Assembly (NCBI GenBank): GCA_964621395.1
Contig: CAZULS010000002.1
Location: forward strand, 87,306-151,305
Reading direction: 5' to 3'
Source of the DNA: an uncultured Candidatus Saccharibacteria bacterium
GTDB taxonomy: Bacteria > Patescibacteriota > Minisyncoccia > Phycocordibacterales > JACNGX01
Length of the DNA: 64,000 nucleotides
Position 1 is the first letter of the stretch. Every line of letters starts with the position of its first letter. Of the stretch, positions 21,168 to 31,173 are shown in pieces. The position numbers were made by a program, and so were the translations under genes. The notes below the pieces were generated by a model. The model was given only the letters and a program-made list of their open reading frames with translations. It made no database searches and had not been told where the DNA came from.

Positions 21168-21284
21168 TTACCTACACAAATATCGGCTGAACAAAAGAGG
21201 GAAAGAGGTCATGCGAGAAAAAGGCACGACCTGAATTGCCTGCTTTGTGTTTGTATAAAGCCAATTGTGTATGTGATGTACCAT
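21168..21284 (-). CDS. putative 38-aa leader peptide MVHHIHNWLYTNTKQAIQVVPFSRMTSFPLLFSRYLCR
   Basis: lies between TTGACA (21315-21320, minus) and the leader terminator. Confidence 0.5.
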   Translation of the reverse strand: MVHHIHNWLYTNTKQAIQVVPFSRMTSFPLLFSRYLCR

Positions 21285-21397
21285 ATAGTTATGTATAGCA
21301 GAATGTGTCATCTTTGTCAACCCCTCCCGTAATTTCTTCCACACGAGTGATATGAAGAGAAAAAACAAATCCTGCGTAATGTGATACACTACAATAT

Positions 21398-21637
21398 ATG
21401 ACAGCACTTTCGCGAACAATTCTCCCCATGCCCAAAGATGTGAAAGATGCGCTTGTTGAGCGCGGTGTGTGGAGCGACTACATGGCACGGCCGGCGTATC
21501 AGCGCAACGATTACATTGGCTGGATTGACCGAGCCAAACGAATAGAGACACGGCAGAAGCGCATCGCCCAGATGACCGATGAACTCACAAAAGGAGGAGT
21601 GTATATGGGAATGGAGCACGCTCCGTCGAAAAAATAA
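21398..21637 (+). CDS. YdeI/OmpD-associated family protein
   Basis: MPKDVKDAL, RPAYQRNDYIGWIDRAKRIETRQKRI. Confidence 0.85.
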   Translation: MTALSRTILPMPKDVKDALVERGVWSDYMARPAYQRNDYIGWIDRAKRIETRQKRIAQMTDELTKGGVYMGMEHAPSKK

Positions 21638-21680
21638 AACCCGCCTTATCCGGCGGGTGGAGATGTTTCTCGTATCTGAG

Positions 21681-22202
21681 TCAGGGGAAAAAATGGAAAC
21701 GGACTTTATGCATCTTCTCCAATGCATCAGCAAGAATAAGACTTTCCTCGGCATTGATGAGAATTTTCTGAATGAACTCACCTTCTCCTAATCTCATTCT
21801 CATGTCGAGGTGAAAGTAGCTATCATCCTCGAGTGTAGCACTTAGACAAGAAAGATCTTTATCCCAAGCTGGAATACGTTTCGATCCTGAGTCTCCGTTG
21901 AAGAGATAGAATTTTATTTTGGTGTTAACTCGCCCCTCTTCTAGTTTTAAATATAACTCAAAACCGGTGATGTATACCTGCGAAGAGGGTGGTGTGAGTT
22001 TACCGTGTATCCTCAACTCTTTTCCTTCACGAATGAATTTTTTCCGATAGAGAACGACTGTCCGGTCTTCTTCGTCTCTGAGTATCTTGGATTGTTCGCT
22101 CTCCGGGAGAGCAAGGAACTTTTTTGCGTCTTCAATAACGGGTTTCTCCTCGAGCCCCTGATTTCTTCCTGGGAGGATATCCATAGGATTAGTTTTTGGC
22201 AT
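21681..22202 (-). CDS. hypothetical protein (start uncertain)
   Basis: long open frame, AT-rich, no recognised motif. Confidence 0.55.
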   Translation of the reverse strand: MPKTNPMDILPGRNQGLEEKPVIEDAKKFLALPESEQSKILRDEEDRTVVLYRKKFIREGKELRIHGKLTPPSSQVYITGFELYLKLEEGRVNTKIKFYLFNGDSGSKRIPAWDKDLSCLSATLEDDSYFHLDMRMRLGEGEFIQKILINAEESLILADALEKMHKVRFHFFP

Positions 22203-22359
22203 GACTTTTTTCTGTTTAAAGGGTTGGGATAAAGTGCAACTGCATGTAGGGTAATGCATATATGAGATAAGGTCAAGTTTGGCTATTGCCATTTTTTGCT
22301 CTTTTGGTATGATAATGAGCGCCCCTGACAGGACAAAGCACAAAACGACAAAAGAATAT

Positions 22360-22432
22360 TCCGCGGTAGCTCAGTTGGTAGAGCGGTCGGCTGTTAACCG
22401 ATTGGTCGCAGGTTCGAGCCCTGCCCGCGGAG
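22360..22432 (+). tRNA. tRNA-Asn(GTT)
   Basis: tccgcgg acceptor stem, D-arm gctcagttggtagagc, anticodon loop ctGTTaa, GTTCGA T-loop; CCA not encoded. Confidence 0.97.
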
Positions 22433-22830
22433 CATAATATAGTTTGACCCCGAGGCATGTCCTCGGGGTCTTACTATATTACTCCGCGGCAGGGCTCGAA
22501 CGGCGGAGCAGCGGGTCCCCGCTTGCGGGGCTGCGAGCCGCGTCCAGGAGTACTTTGCGGATTGCGAATATCTGGAGCAATACGCTTAGTAACTCCGGGA
22601 CAGTCCTGCCCGCCCTTTGGGGCGTTTTTCATATGCTCCGCGGGAGCAAGCCAACTGCTTAGCTTGCGTCAGGGCTCGAAAGCCGCAGCCATGTTGGAGC
22701 GCTTGCGCGACGACGGCGAGGCCGGGTCGGAAGCACTTAGCAGAATACGAGCTTTAGCGAAGTGTTATGCTTAGTGACTTGTGACCGAGCACTTAGTATG
22801 GTCCCGGGTGAGGCATGTCCTCGGGGTTTT
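22433..22830 (+). repeat. tRNA fold-back repeats with structured cores, two tandem units
   Basis: antisense tRNA 3' end at 22482-22501 and 22633-22680; core homologous to 32986-33087. Confidence 0.8.
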
Positions 22831-22840
22831 ACAGATCGTA

Positions 22841-23006
22841 TTGACAAACAGCAAGCTGTCGATTAGAATAGACACAGACATAAGGACCTTGTCTCATCAG
22901 CATCAAGTCCGAGCCTCTTGGCTCATTACCAAGCGGCTGAGAGGCCTAAAAAAATACGATGCCGTTGGCAGGGCCCTGCCGATGTTGATGGACTTGGTCC
23001 TTTTTT
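22841..23006 (+). ncRNA. candidate small structured RNA with promoter
   Basis: TTGACA-17-TAGAAT; ends pair (aaggacc..catcagcatc / gatgttgatg..ggtcctt); T tract. Confidence 0.45.
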
Positions 23007-23104
23007 GTATAAAGCAAAACCGCCTCACGGCGGTCTTTTTTTGTGCCAGCCACTCACTTTTCACTGCTTAATACCTCAATAGGCTTATACAAAATGATAG
23101 GAAG

Positions 23105-23293
23105 TCAGATTAAGAAACTTGCCAGACCAATGGTGAAGAGGGAAGGAATAATGGGAAAAGGAAATATGTCTCCATAGAAACCAAACCACTCAAGCCAAAC
23201 CATAATAATAACCGACAGCGCACAAAGAAGCATGCACACGAAGAATGTTTTTAGAGAGGCATGTTCAATGGTGTGAATTGTTTGCTTGTTCAT
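23105..23293 (-). CDS. small membrane protein, 2 TM
   Basis: 62-aa hydrophobic ORF with TACACT -10 just upstream. Confidence 0.6.
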   Translation of the reverse strand: MNKQTIHTIEHASLKTFFVCMLLCALSVIIMVWLEWFGFYGDIFPFPIIPSLFTIGLASFLI

Positions 23294-23369
23294 GCGCGTA
23301 TAGTGTAGCGCAATCTACTTTTAAAGATTAATAACAGACAAGATAATTAAAATCAGGTATAGTTTCTGT

Positions 23370-23894
23370 ATGATGTTAGACGTCTCCAATCCATCTTTTG
23401 TAATCTCCCAAGCATCGATGTTCATTGCGACTGCTTTAGTATTTATATCGTATCAGTTTAGAGAAGGGAAAATATTTAGGTGGTTGTTTGTCGTTGCAGG
23501 AGCTCTTTCTGCTCTACATTTTATTTTGTTGGGGGCTATAACGGCGTCAATCATTGTTGCCATTAATAGTTTACGATGGTTAGTAAGTATTTTCTCCAAA
23601 GAACGAGCTTTTCTTTATTCTTTCGTGGTCTTAATGATTGGAATATTATTTTTTACATACGAAAACATTTTTTCATTTCTTCCAGCAATGGCGGGGGTCA
23701 TTGCAACATTTGCCATCTTTCATAAAGATGAATTGCAGACGAGAATAATACTTTTGATTGTAGGTTTAATGTGGCTGAGTTATAACTTCATTATTTTTAG
23801 TCCAGTGGGAATAATCTCAGAAATTTTATTTTTCTCATCGGGTATTATTGGTTATGTAAGATTAAGGGCATCACAGCGTGAAGAAACACGGTGA
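23370..23894 (+). CDS. YgjV-family inner membrane protein
   Basis: [19 protein letters not shown] pattern; multi-TM. Confidence 0.8.
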   Translation: MMLDVSNPSFVISQASMFIATALVFISYQFREGKIFRWLFVVAGALSALHFILLGAITASIIVAINSLRWLVSIFSKERAFLYSFVVLMIGILFFTYENIFSFLPAMAGVIATFAIFHKDELQTRIILLIVGLMWLSYNFIIFSPVGIISEILFFSSGIIGYVRLRASQREETR

Positions 23895-23953
23895 AATACC
23901 CCCCCCAACTCATCCCTCCGTGGCATATCCCAGGGGTATGGTATACTTTCTTT

Positions 23954-24841
23954 ATGAACACAGAACAACTTTCAAGAATGAGACACGATAAGGGCTTTAT
24001 TGCGGCTCTTGATCAGAGCGGGGGATCGACTCCGCGGGCGCTTCTTTCATATGGCATCGGCGAGGATGCGTATGCCAATGAGGAAGAAATGTTTGCTCTT
24101 GTGCACGAGATGCGCACGCGCATTGCGACATCGCCTGCTTTTAGCGGAGAAAAAATACTCGGCGCAATTCTTTTTAAGCACACCATGGAGCATCAGATAG
24201 AGGGGAAAGATACGGCTGATTATCTTTGGGAAGAAAAAGGCATTGTTCCTTTTTTGAAGGTGGACAATGGTCTTCTAGAAGAGACAAACGGTGTGCAGCT
24301 AATGAAGCCGATGCCGGATCTCGATGAGCTTCTTCTCCGCGCGCGTGAAAAACACATATGGGGTACGAAAATGCGTTCGCTCATCAACGACTTACATGAG
24401 AAAGGGATACGGGAGGTTGTGGCACAGCAATTTGAAGTGGCGAAGCATATTATTGCACAAGGCTTTGTCCCTATTATCGAGCCGGAAGTGAGTATTGTTG
24501 CTCCGGAGAAGGCAGAGATTGAAGAGATGTTGGCGCAGGAAATACAATCACATCTCGACACGCTTTCAGACGATCAGCTTGTTATGCTTAAGCTCACACT
24601 TCCCGAAAAGAGCAATCTCTATGAAGCGTTTACAGAGCATCCGAATGTGGTGCGCGTTGTTGCACTTTCGGGCGGATACAGCAGGGAAGAGGCGAACAAT
24701 CGATTGAGCAAGAATTACAATGTCATCGCCAGTTTCTCCCGCGCACTCACGGAAGGGCTCTCTGTAGAGCAAAGTGATGAGGAGTTTAATACATCATTTG
24801 CTCAAGTCATTGAGAGTATTTATCAAGCGTCGATTACATAG
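23954..24841 (+). CDS. fda: class I fructose-bisphosphate aldolase
   Basis: [49 protein letters not shown]. Confidence 0.95.
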   Translation: MNTEQLSRMRHDKGFIAALDQSGGSTPRALLSYGIGEDAYANEEEMFALVHEMRTRIATSPAFSGEKILGAILFKHTMEHQIEGKDTADYLWEEKGIVPFLKVDNGLLEETNGVQLMKPMPDLDELLLRAREKHIWGTKMRSLINDLHEKGIREVVAQQFEVAKHIIAQGFVPIIEPEVSIVAPEKAEIEEMLAQEIQSHLDTLSDDQLVMLKLTLPEKSNLYEAFTEHPNVVRVVALSGGYSREEANNRLSKNYNVIASFSRALTEGLSVEQSDEEFNTSFAQVIESIYQASIT

Positions 24842-24868
24842 AGTTTGTTATTCGTTTATTTTTTTCAT

Positions 24869-25348
24869 ATGAATACATCAATACAAGAACTCCCCGAGAT
24901 GCGCGTTGCTTTTATTCACAATGTAGGTCCGTATGCGGGAGACAAAGAGCTTTTTAGTCGATTGTTTACTCAGCTTGGTAACTGGATGGGGGAGCGAAAC
25001 GCTTTCACTCCCGAGACTGTCTTTCTCTCTGCGTATTATGATGATCCGTCTACCACGCCGCCGGAAGAGCATCGTCTTGATGTGTGTGCCATCGTGCCTG
25101 AGGGAATGGAAGGAAGCGGTGATGTGAAGATTCAAACACTTCCCGGAGGGAAATATATGGTGGGATCTTTCACCGCCAAAGGTCCGGAGGATTATCAAAA
25201 AGCATGGAATGATATTTGGGAAGAAGGGCTTCCGAAACATAATCAAACACCTGATTTCGAACGACCGTTTTACGAAATCTACCGCAGCGATCCAAAGAGC
25301 GACCCGGAAGGAAAACACGAAGTAGAAATATGTGTTGCGGTGAAGTAA
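24869..25348 (+). CDS. GyrI-like small-molecule-binding protein
   Basis: GPY, YYDDP, LPGGKY, YEIY. Confidence 0.88.
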   Translation: MNTSIQELPEMRVAFIHNVGPYAGDKELFSRLFTQLGNWMGERNAFTPETVFLSAYYDDPSTTPPEEHRLDVCAIVPEGMEGSGDVKIQTLPGGKYMVGSFTAKGPEDYQKAWNDIWEEGLPKHNQTPDFERPFYEIYRSDPKSDPEGKHEVEICVAVK

Positions 25349-25559
25349 GTACTTCTCTCGTTTGCTGTATGTAGGAGTATCTAATACCACTTACGTATGC
25401 AAATTAAAATGACCACCTGAAAGTATAGTGGTTATTTTAATTCTATATTTCGATATAGACTCAGTATATGTAAGCGGTGTTGGATGCTCTGTATCTTTAG
25501 GATATATCGGTATATAATATTCTTGTTTTATTATTTCATTTTTTAGTCTCTTCACATAT

Positions 25560-27008
25560 ATGCTGAAAAAGACACGTATTATTGGGACCATTGGTCCGGC
25601 TTCGGAATCTCCTGCTGTGCTTACCAAGCTTATGAAGGCGGGCATGAATGTTGCGCGGTTGAATTTCTCACATGGTGATCACTCGTGGCACAAAGCGACA
25701 TATACGACCATTCGGAAAACGGCGGAGAAGTGCGGATGCACTGTGGCGATTATGCAGGATCTCATGGGTCCGAAGATTCGCATCGGAGATTTTGCGACAG
25801 AGTTTGTAACACTCAAGAAGGGCATGACGTTTACTCTGCGCACGAAAAAAGGGAAGGGGGATGAAAGTGGCGCGTATATTACGTATGAGGATTTGTATAA
25901 GGATGTGGAGAAGGGCGACACAGTACTTCTTGATGATGGGAAGGTGGCACTCATAGTTAGTGCAATAAATGGAAGTGATGTGGTGTGTAAGGTGAAAATC
26001 GGCGGGCGTATTCGCGGACGACGCACGGTGAATGTGCCGGGGGCGTATCTTTCGCTCTCTTCACTTACAAAGAAAGATAAAGAGGACTTGGTCTTGGGCG
26101 TGAAGCTTGGCGTGGATGTGGTGGCGCTTTCTTTTGTGCGTACGGCGGACGATGTGCGTGAACTCAAAAAGCTTCTGAAAAAGCATGGTTCGCAAGCGAA
26201 GATTGTTGCGAAAATTGAAACACCTGAAGCAGTGGAACATATCGTCGATATCGCTCATGAAGCGGATGCGGTAATGGTGGCGCGAGGGGATTTGGCGGTG
26301 GAGGTGCCGCGCGAGGACGTGCCGCTCATTCAAAAAGACATTGTTCGAATTTGTAATGCTTTGGGAAAGCCGGTATTTGTGGCAACACAGATGCTTGAGA
26401 CGATGATTACGGAAGCGAATCCGACGCGTGCGGAAGTGAGCGACATTGCCCATGCGATTCTCGAAGGTGCTGATGGGGTAATGCTTTCGGCAGAGACATC
26501 TGTGGGTGCCTATCCGGTGGAGGCGGTAAACGTGATGAGCCGTGTGGCGCAAAAAGTGGAAGGAAGGAGTGAGAATCGTGATATTACCCGTATGCCGCAT
26601 GTATGCAACGGACGAGAAGGGTGTGATCGAACAATCGTGGATGCGGTGAGTGAAAGTGCTGTACGTATGGCACGCACAGTGAACGCAAAGGCGATTATTG
26701 CGCTGACGGATTCGGGATTTACCGCACGTATGATTGCACGCTTTCGTCCGTCGCAAGAGATTTTTGCCGCGACACCAAATGAAATGACACTGCGACAGAT
26801 GGAACTTTCCTTTGGGTGCCATGCGCGGCGCATCGGTTCGTTTACGTATGTGGGGCAAGTACGCTCGGCGATGGAGGATATTGTGGTGAAAGAAAAAATT
26901 GCCAAAAAGGGCGATACGATTATCATTGCCGCGGGTATTCCGTTTGGAAAGGTGGGCGGTACCAATATGGTACTTGTGCACGTGGTGGGAGATGGCGCGG
27001 GGGAGTAG
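25560..27008 (+). CDS. pyk: pyruvate kinase
   Basis: ARLNFSHG, AKIETPEA, MVARGDL, ATQMLETM, PTRAEVSD. Confidence 0.98.
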   Translation: MLKKTRIIGTIGPASESPAVLTKLMKAGMNVARLNFSHGDHSWHKATYTTIRKTAEKCGCTVAIMQDLMGPKIRIGDFATEFVTLKKGMTFTLRTKKGKGDESGAYITYEDLYKDVEKGDTVLLDDGKVALIVSAINGSDVVCKVKIGGRIRGRRTVNVPGAYLSLSSLTKKDKEDLVLGVKLGVDVVALSFVRTADDVRELKKLLKKHGSQAKIVAKIETPEAVEHIVDIAHEADAVMVARGDLAVEVPREDVPLIQKDIVRICNALGKPVFVATQMLETMITEANPTRAEVSDIAHAILEGADGVMLSAETSVGAYPVEAVNVMSRVAQKVEGRSENRDITRMPHVCNGREGCDRTIVDAVSESAVRMARTVNAKAIIALTDSGFTARMIARFRPSQEIFAATPNEMTLRQMELSFGCHARRIGSFTYVGQVRSAMEDIVVKEKIAKKGDTIIIAAGIPFGKVGGTNMVLVHVVGDGAGE

Positions 27009-27435
27009 ACGAACAGCCCTAAAGCACAACAAGTTGTGCTCGGGCACGTAAACGATGAACTGTAAAATAAAAAATCGGCGCGAGCTGCGCTCGCGCCGAT
27101 TTTTTACTCCCCATTCTCTTTACTGTCATCCCGCACTTGATGCGGGATCCAAGCAGACATAATTATGTAGGTAAAACTCTGGATTCCAGGGTCTTGTCAG
27201 GAATGACACATCCTAGGGTTATTCGAAAACCAAGATTGAGTTTTGGTATGAATACCAAAGCTCAACCTTGGTTTTAAGATCCCGCATCAAGTGCGGGATG
27301 ACAGGTAATGTTGATAGTGACAAGAAAAAGCACGGCGACCGAAGAACGCTGTGCTTTTTAAATGACGCTTGCAAATAGTTAATAGATGATATAGAGTGTA
27401 TTTCTTAAAGTACTTTCAATCTAAACAAAAACGTT

Positions 27436-27636
27436 ATGCAAACAACAAAGCATGTTGGATGTATTAGTTCTGACGAAGATAAGAAAAAGAAAACAGGTAA
27501 ACTGATACCGGTTCCTTGCACCATTTGTGGGGAGGTTGTCCTGAAAGACGAAGGAGAATACGAGGCAAATAAGCAAAAAGGGATTAATCCTCTCTGTAAA
27601 GAATGTGGGCTGGATCTCTTCTTTGGAGGTAAGTAA
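27436..27636 (+). CDS. small CxxC-CxxC zinc-ribbon protein
   Basis: CTIC ... CKEC in 66 aa; own terminator. Confidence 0.6.
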   Translation: MQTTKHVGCISSDEDKKKKTGKLIPVPCTICGEVVLKDEGEYEANKQKGINPLCKECGLDLFFGGK

Positions 27637-27740
27637 GGAAAAGCGCTCTGTGAATGAGCGCTTTTTAGATTGAAAAAAGACCGCGAGCGTGAGCTCGCGG
27701 TCTTTATCGTTTAGCGTTTATAGTTCATCGTTCACTCACG

Positions 27741-29054
27741 TTACTTCATCCCTTTCAAATATTTCGGAAGGTTTTCGAGGGAAACTGTCTCTTGCGAGCG
27801 ATTGTCCATATTGCGGACGATAACGGTGCCGTCCATGGCTTCCTTTTGTCCGAAGATAATCGCATAGGGAGCTCCAAGCCGCTCGGCGGTGCCGAGCTGT
27901 GCACCGAGTGAGTCTTTGGAAAGTGACTGCATGATAGGGATGTTTGCCTTGCGGAGCATCTTAATGACCGACAAGCTCTTGAGCTTTGCTTCAAAGCCAA
28001 GCTGAATGAAATACACTTTCGGTTTTTTCATGATACGCGGCTTGGGAGTTTTAACGCCTTCGGTATTTAAAATGCGGTCGATACCGATTGCCGCGCCAAC
28101 GGATGGAACCGGTTTTTTGGAGCCGAGAATTTTTGCGAGTCCGTCGTAGCGTCCGCCACCGGCAACTGCTTGTGGCGCGGGCGCGCTCTCGTCTTCTTCA
28201 TCACTCGGCGGGGTTGCCTTAATCTCAAAGACGGTGTGCGAATAGTAGTCCAGGCCGCGCACCAATGTATGGTCGATACGATACACGATATCGGCAGAAT
28301 CAAGATATTCCAGTACTTCCTTGAAATGTTTTTTGGCTGCTGCGGAGAGGTGATTGAGTGATTCAGGCGCAGCTGCTTTAATCGGCTGGCACCGTTCGTC
28401 TTTACAATCGAGCACACGGAGCGGATTTGTCTTCAGACGTTGCTTGCATGTCGGGCAAATAGTGTCGGCATGTTTCTTATAGTAATTTGTGAGTGCGCGA
28501 AGATACGCCGCGCGAGACTCAGGATCACCGATGCTGTTGATCTCAACACACACATCGGAGAGCCCGATTTCTTCGAGTGCATCGACAATGGTGCGGATGA
28601 CGATTACGTCAGCGATACTTTTGGGCGTGCCGATAATTTCAAAACCGAATTGACGGAATTCACGCAGGCGCCCTTTCTGCGGATTTTCATGACGGAAGAA
28701 TGCACCGTAATTATAGAGCATGACGGGCTGGGGGAGTGATTGCATGCCGTGTTCAATGTAGGCGCGCATGATAGCGGCAGTTGCTTCAGGACGCATGACA
28801 AGGCGATCACCGCCTTTGGTCTTGAGATTGTACATCTCTTTTTCGGCGATGTCGGTATGCTCACCCACACCACGCAAAAAGACATCTTCAGATTCGAGGA
28901 TGGGTGTTTGAATCGGTTGGAAGCCGTAGTAGACGGCGACTTCTTGAATCTTTTCAAAGAGTCCTTGGTATGCGTAAAAATCCTCACCAATAATATCGCG
29001 AGTACCTTTCGGCGACTGGAGATTTTTTGAAGATTTTTTTTGTGAAGGGGACAT
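27741..29054 (-). CDS. hisS: histidine--tRNA ligase
   Basis: PKGTRD, RPEATA, FRHENPQKGR, LVRGLDYY, GGGRYD. Confidence 0.98.
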   Translation of the reverse strand: MSPSQKKSSKNLQSPKGTRDIIGEDFYAYQGLFEKIQEVAVYYGFQPIQTPILESEDVFLRGVGEHTDIAEKEMYNLKTKGGDRLVMRPEATAAIMRAYIEHGMQSLPQPVMLYNYGAFFRHENPQKGRLREFRQFGFEIIGTPKSIADVIVIRTIVDALEEIGLSDVCVEINSIGDPESRAAYLRALTNYYKKHADTICPTCKQRLKTNPLRVLDCKDERCQPIKAAAPESLNHLSAAAKKHFKEVLEYLDSADIVYRIDHTLVRGLDYYSHTVFEIKATPPSDEEDESAPAPQAVAGGGRYDGLAKILGSKKPVPSVGAAIGIDRILNTEGVKTPKPRIMKKPKVYFIQLGFEAKLKSLSVIKMLRKANIPIMQSLSKDSLGAQLGTAERLGAPYAIIFGQKEAMDGTVIVRNMDNRSQETVSLENLPKYLKGMK

Positions 29055-29071
29055 GAAGAGAAAATTAATTA

Positions 29072-29256
29072 GAGCCTGTTCGTAATCTCATGTCGTGCGT
29101 AATGCATCATATACCGAGCGAAAATCGTGAAAAGTGTTGATGGAGTACTGTCGTACTTCGAGACACTTTAAGCGATTTACAGCCGGTATATGGCGCATTA
29201 AGCCGACAAGGACATGTTCTTCTTCGTTCAATTCCGTTGAGATTATGAACAGGCTC
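29072..29256 (+). mobile_element. 185-bp MITE-like structured element, TTA-flanked
   Basis: termini GAGCCTGTTC/GAACAGGCTC with TTA on both sides. Confidence 0.85.
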
Positions 29257-29325
29257 TTAGATGACACACTCAGTATATATGAGAATACCGATTGACTGAA
29301 AGTTTTTTTTGTTCTCTGACTTTAA

Positions 29326-29511
29326 GAGCCTGTTCACAATCTCATGTCGTGCGTGACACACTCATATACCGAGCGAAAATCGTGAAAAGTGTCGAAGGAG
29401 TACTGTCGTACTTCGAGACGCTTTGAGCGATTTGCAGCCGGTATATGAGTGTGTCAGCCGGCAAGGATATATCTTTCTTTCTCCTATTCCGTTGAGATTG
29501 TGAACAGGCTC
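29326..29511 (+). mobile_element. 186-bp MITE-like element, TAA-flanked
   Basis: same termini and core as 29072-29256. Confidence 0.85.
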
Positions 29512-29570
29512 TAAGAGGAGAAAAAAGTGAGCGCGGCGGGGCAAAGCCCCGCCGCGCTAAGTGGTAAAAT

Positions 29571-30233
29571 TTATTTTTCAGCTCCATAGTGATACTCACC
29601 CGGCAGTATTTCAAATGTATCGAGAGGAAGGAGACGAGCGAATGCTTTTCCGGAAATAAAACTTTTTGGTAGCGGTCCCCATATCCGCGAGTCGGAACTT
29701 GAATACCGATTGTCACCCATGACAAAGTATTCATCCACACCAAGTGTGGCAGACATGTTTTCATATTTCGGATAGATAATGTAGGTTTCGGTAAGCTTAA
29801 ACGATTCAGTACTCTGTTTGGGTGTGATTGATACAGAGCCCGCGGAGATGGTGACTGTTTCTCCAGGGAGCCCGATGATACGCTTGATGAAGAAAAAGTG
29901 CGGGTCATTGGGAAAACGGAAAATAACCACATCGCCGCGCTTTGGGTCGCCTAGGTGATAGGAGAGCCTGTCGACAATGAGGTAATCGTTGGTGGCAAAT
30001 GTCGGGTCCATAGATGCACCGGAGACGATAAACGGACTCACAATAAACATGCGCACCGGTACGACAATAGCCACGATAATAATGAGTGACGTGAAAAATT
30101 CGCGCATACCTCTCTTCTTGGTTTGTGTTTTACTCTCTTGTGATGAGTTTTCGGTGTATTTGGTAACGGATTCCTGCGTATCAGGCTCGAGAGACGGAGG
30201 TGTTGATTGGCTTTTATGGGGGGGAGTATTCAT
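29571..30233 (-). CDS. lepB: signal peptidase I
   Basis: GASMDPT, FIKRIIGLPG, GDNRYSSSDSR. Confidence 0.96.
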   Translation of the reverse strand: MNTPPHKSQSTPPSLEPDTQESVTKYTENSSQESKTQTKKRGMREFFTSLIIIVAIVVPVRMFIVSPFIVSGASMDPTFATNDYLIVDRLSYHLGDPKRGDVVIFRFPNDPHFFFIKRIIGLPGETVTISAGSVSITPKQSTESFKLTETYIIYPKYENMSATLGVDEYFVMGDNRYSSSDSRIWGPLPKSFISGKAFARLLPLDTFEILPGEYHYGAEK

Positions 30234-30381
30234 GAGAAACCAAATGAAAAATAAAAAGAAATATGATGTGTGGTTATGATAGCATAGAAAACTATAAACG
30301 ATAAACGATAAAAAATAAAAGCAAAAAGAAAAGTCGCCGTATTATTCGGCGGGTTTGTTTTTGTCTGGTATACTTGTATGT

Positions 30382-30993
30382 ATGAAAAACACTGATGTTG
30401 TCATTGTGGGTCTCGGGAACCCGGGAAAACAATATGAAAAGACGCCGCACAATGCCGGCTTTTTGGTACTTGATGCATTGCTTGGTAAGAAGGGAGAGGG
30501 TGGGTGGAAGAAAGAAAAAATGTGTGAAGGACTCATTGCGAATGTGAGTTTGAATTGTGGTGCTACCGCTTTGCTTCTGAAGCCGGAGACATTCATGAAT
30601 GAATCGGGGAGAAGCGCGAAGAAAGTTGTTGAGAATGTAGCTGACGCAGAAAACTCTCTCATCGTGGTGTATGATGACATCGATATGCCGATTGGTTCGG
30701 TGAAGATTGTGTTTGACCGCGGGAGCGGTGGACATAAAGGGGTACAGTCGATTATCGACACACTCGGCACAACACGCTTTGTTCGCGTGCGCGTGGGTGT
30801 TGCCCCCGTGGGGCTCTTTGGTGACATGAAGAAGCCAAAAGGGAGAGAGGCGGTGTCGCGCTATGTGCTTTCGCCGCTCTCGCGCCGCCGCACTCACCTC
30901 CTTGAGGCAGCGACAGACGTCGCCATTTCGGCTATTGAGAAAATTGTCTGTGAGGGGAGAGAGGCGGCGATGAATGAGGTGAACAAACGCTAA
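30382..30993 (+). CDS. pth: peptidyl-tRNA hydrolase
   Basis: GLGNPG, HNAGF, KPETFMNESG, GGHKG. Confidence 0.96.
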   Translation: MKNTDVVIVGLGNPGKQYEKTPHNAGFLVLDALLGKKGEGGWKKEKMCEGLIANVSLNCGATALLLKPETFMNESGRSAKKVVENVADAENSLIVVYDDIDMPIGSVKIVFDRGSGGHKGVQSIIDTLGTTRFVRVRVGVAPVGLFGDMKKPKGREAVSRYVLSPLSRRRTHLLEAATDVAISAIEKIVCEGREAAMNEVNKR

Positions 30994-31173
30994 ACGATGA
31001 ACGATAAACTATAAACGCCGCGCGAGCCTTTGGCTCACGCGGAACCCAAAGCAAAATTGTCATCCCGCACTTGATCCTACATTGCAAGCAATCGGATACA
31101 ATGCGGGATCTCGAGAGAGTTGTTTCATAACGTTTAGATCCCGCATCAAGTGCGGGATGACAGAAAACACACC

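Noticed and set aside
22433-23100. Genomic island integrated at tRNA-Asn
   Set aside because: No integrase and no distal direct repeat; the tRNA copies are inverted and local
26061-27047. Long antisense ORFs (also 1534-2031, 14350-15186, 35190-36194, 40731-41555, 48222-48980, 50327-51076)
   Set aside because: Shadows of well-supported genes on the opposite strand
29342-29932. 196-aa ORF across the MITE as a possible transposase
   Set aside because: Alternative frame of lepB plus repeat sequence; no DDE or HUH motifs
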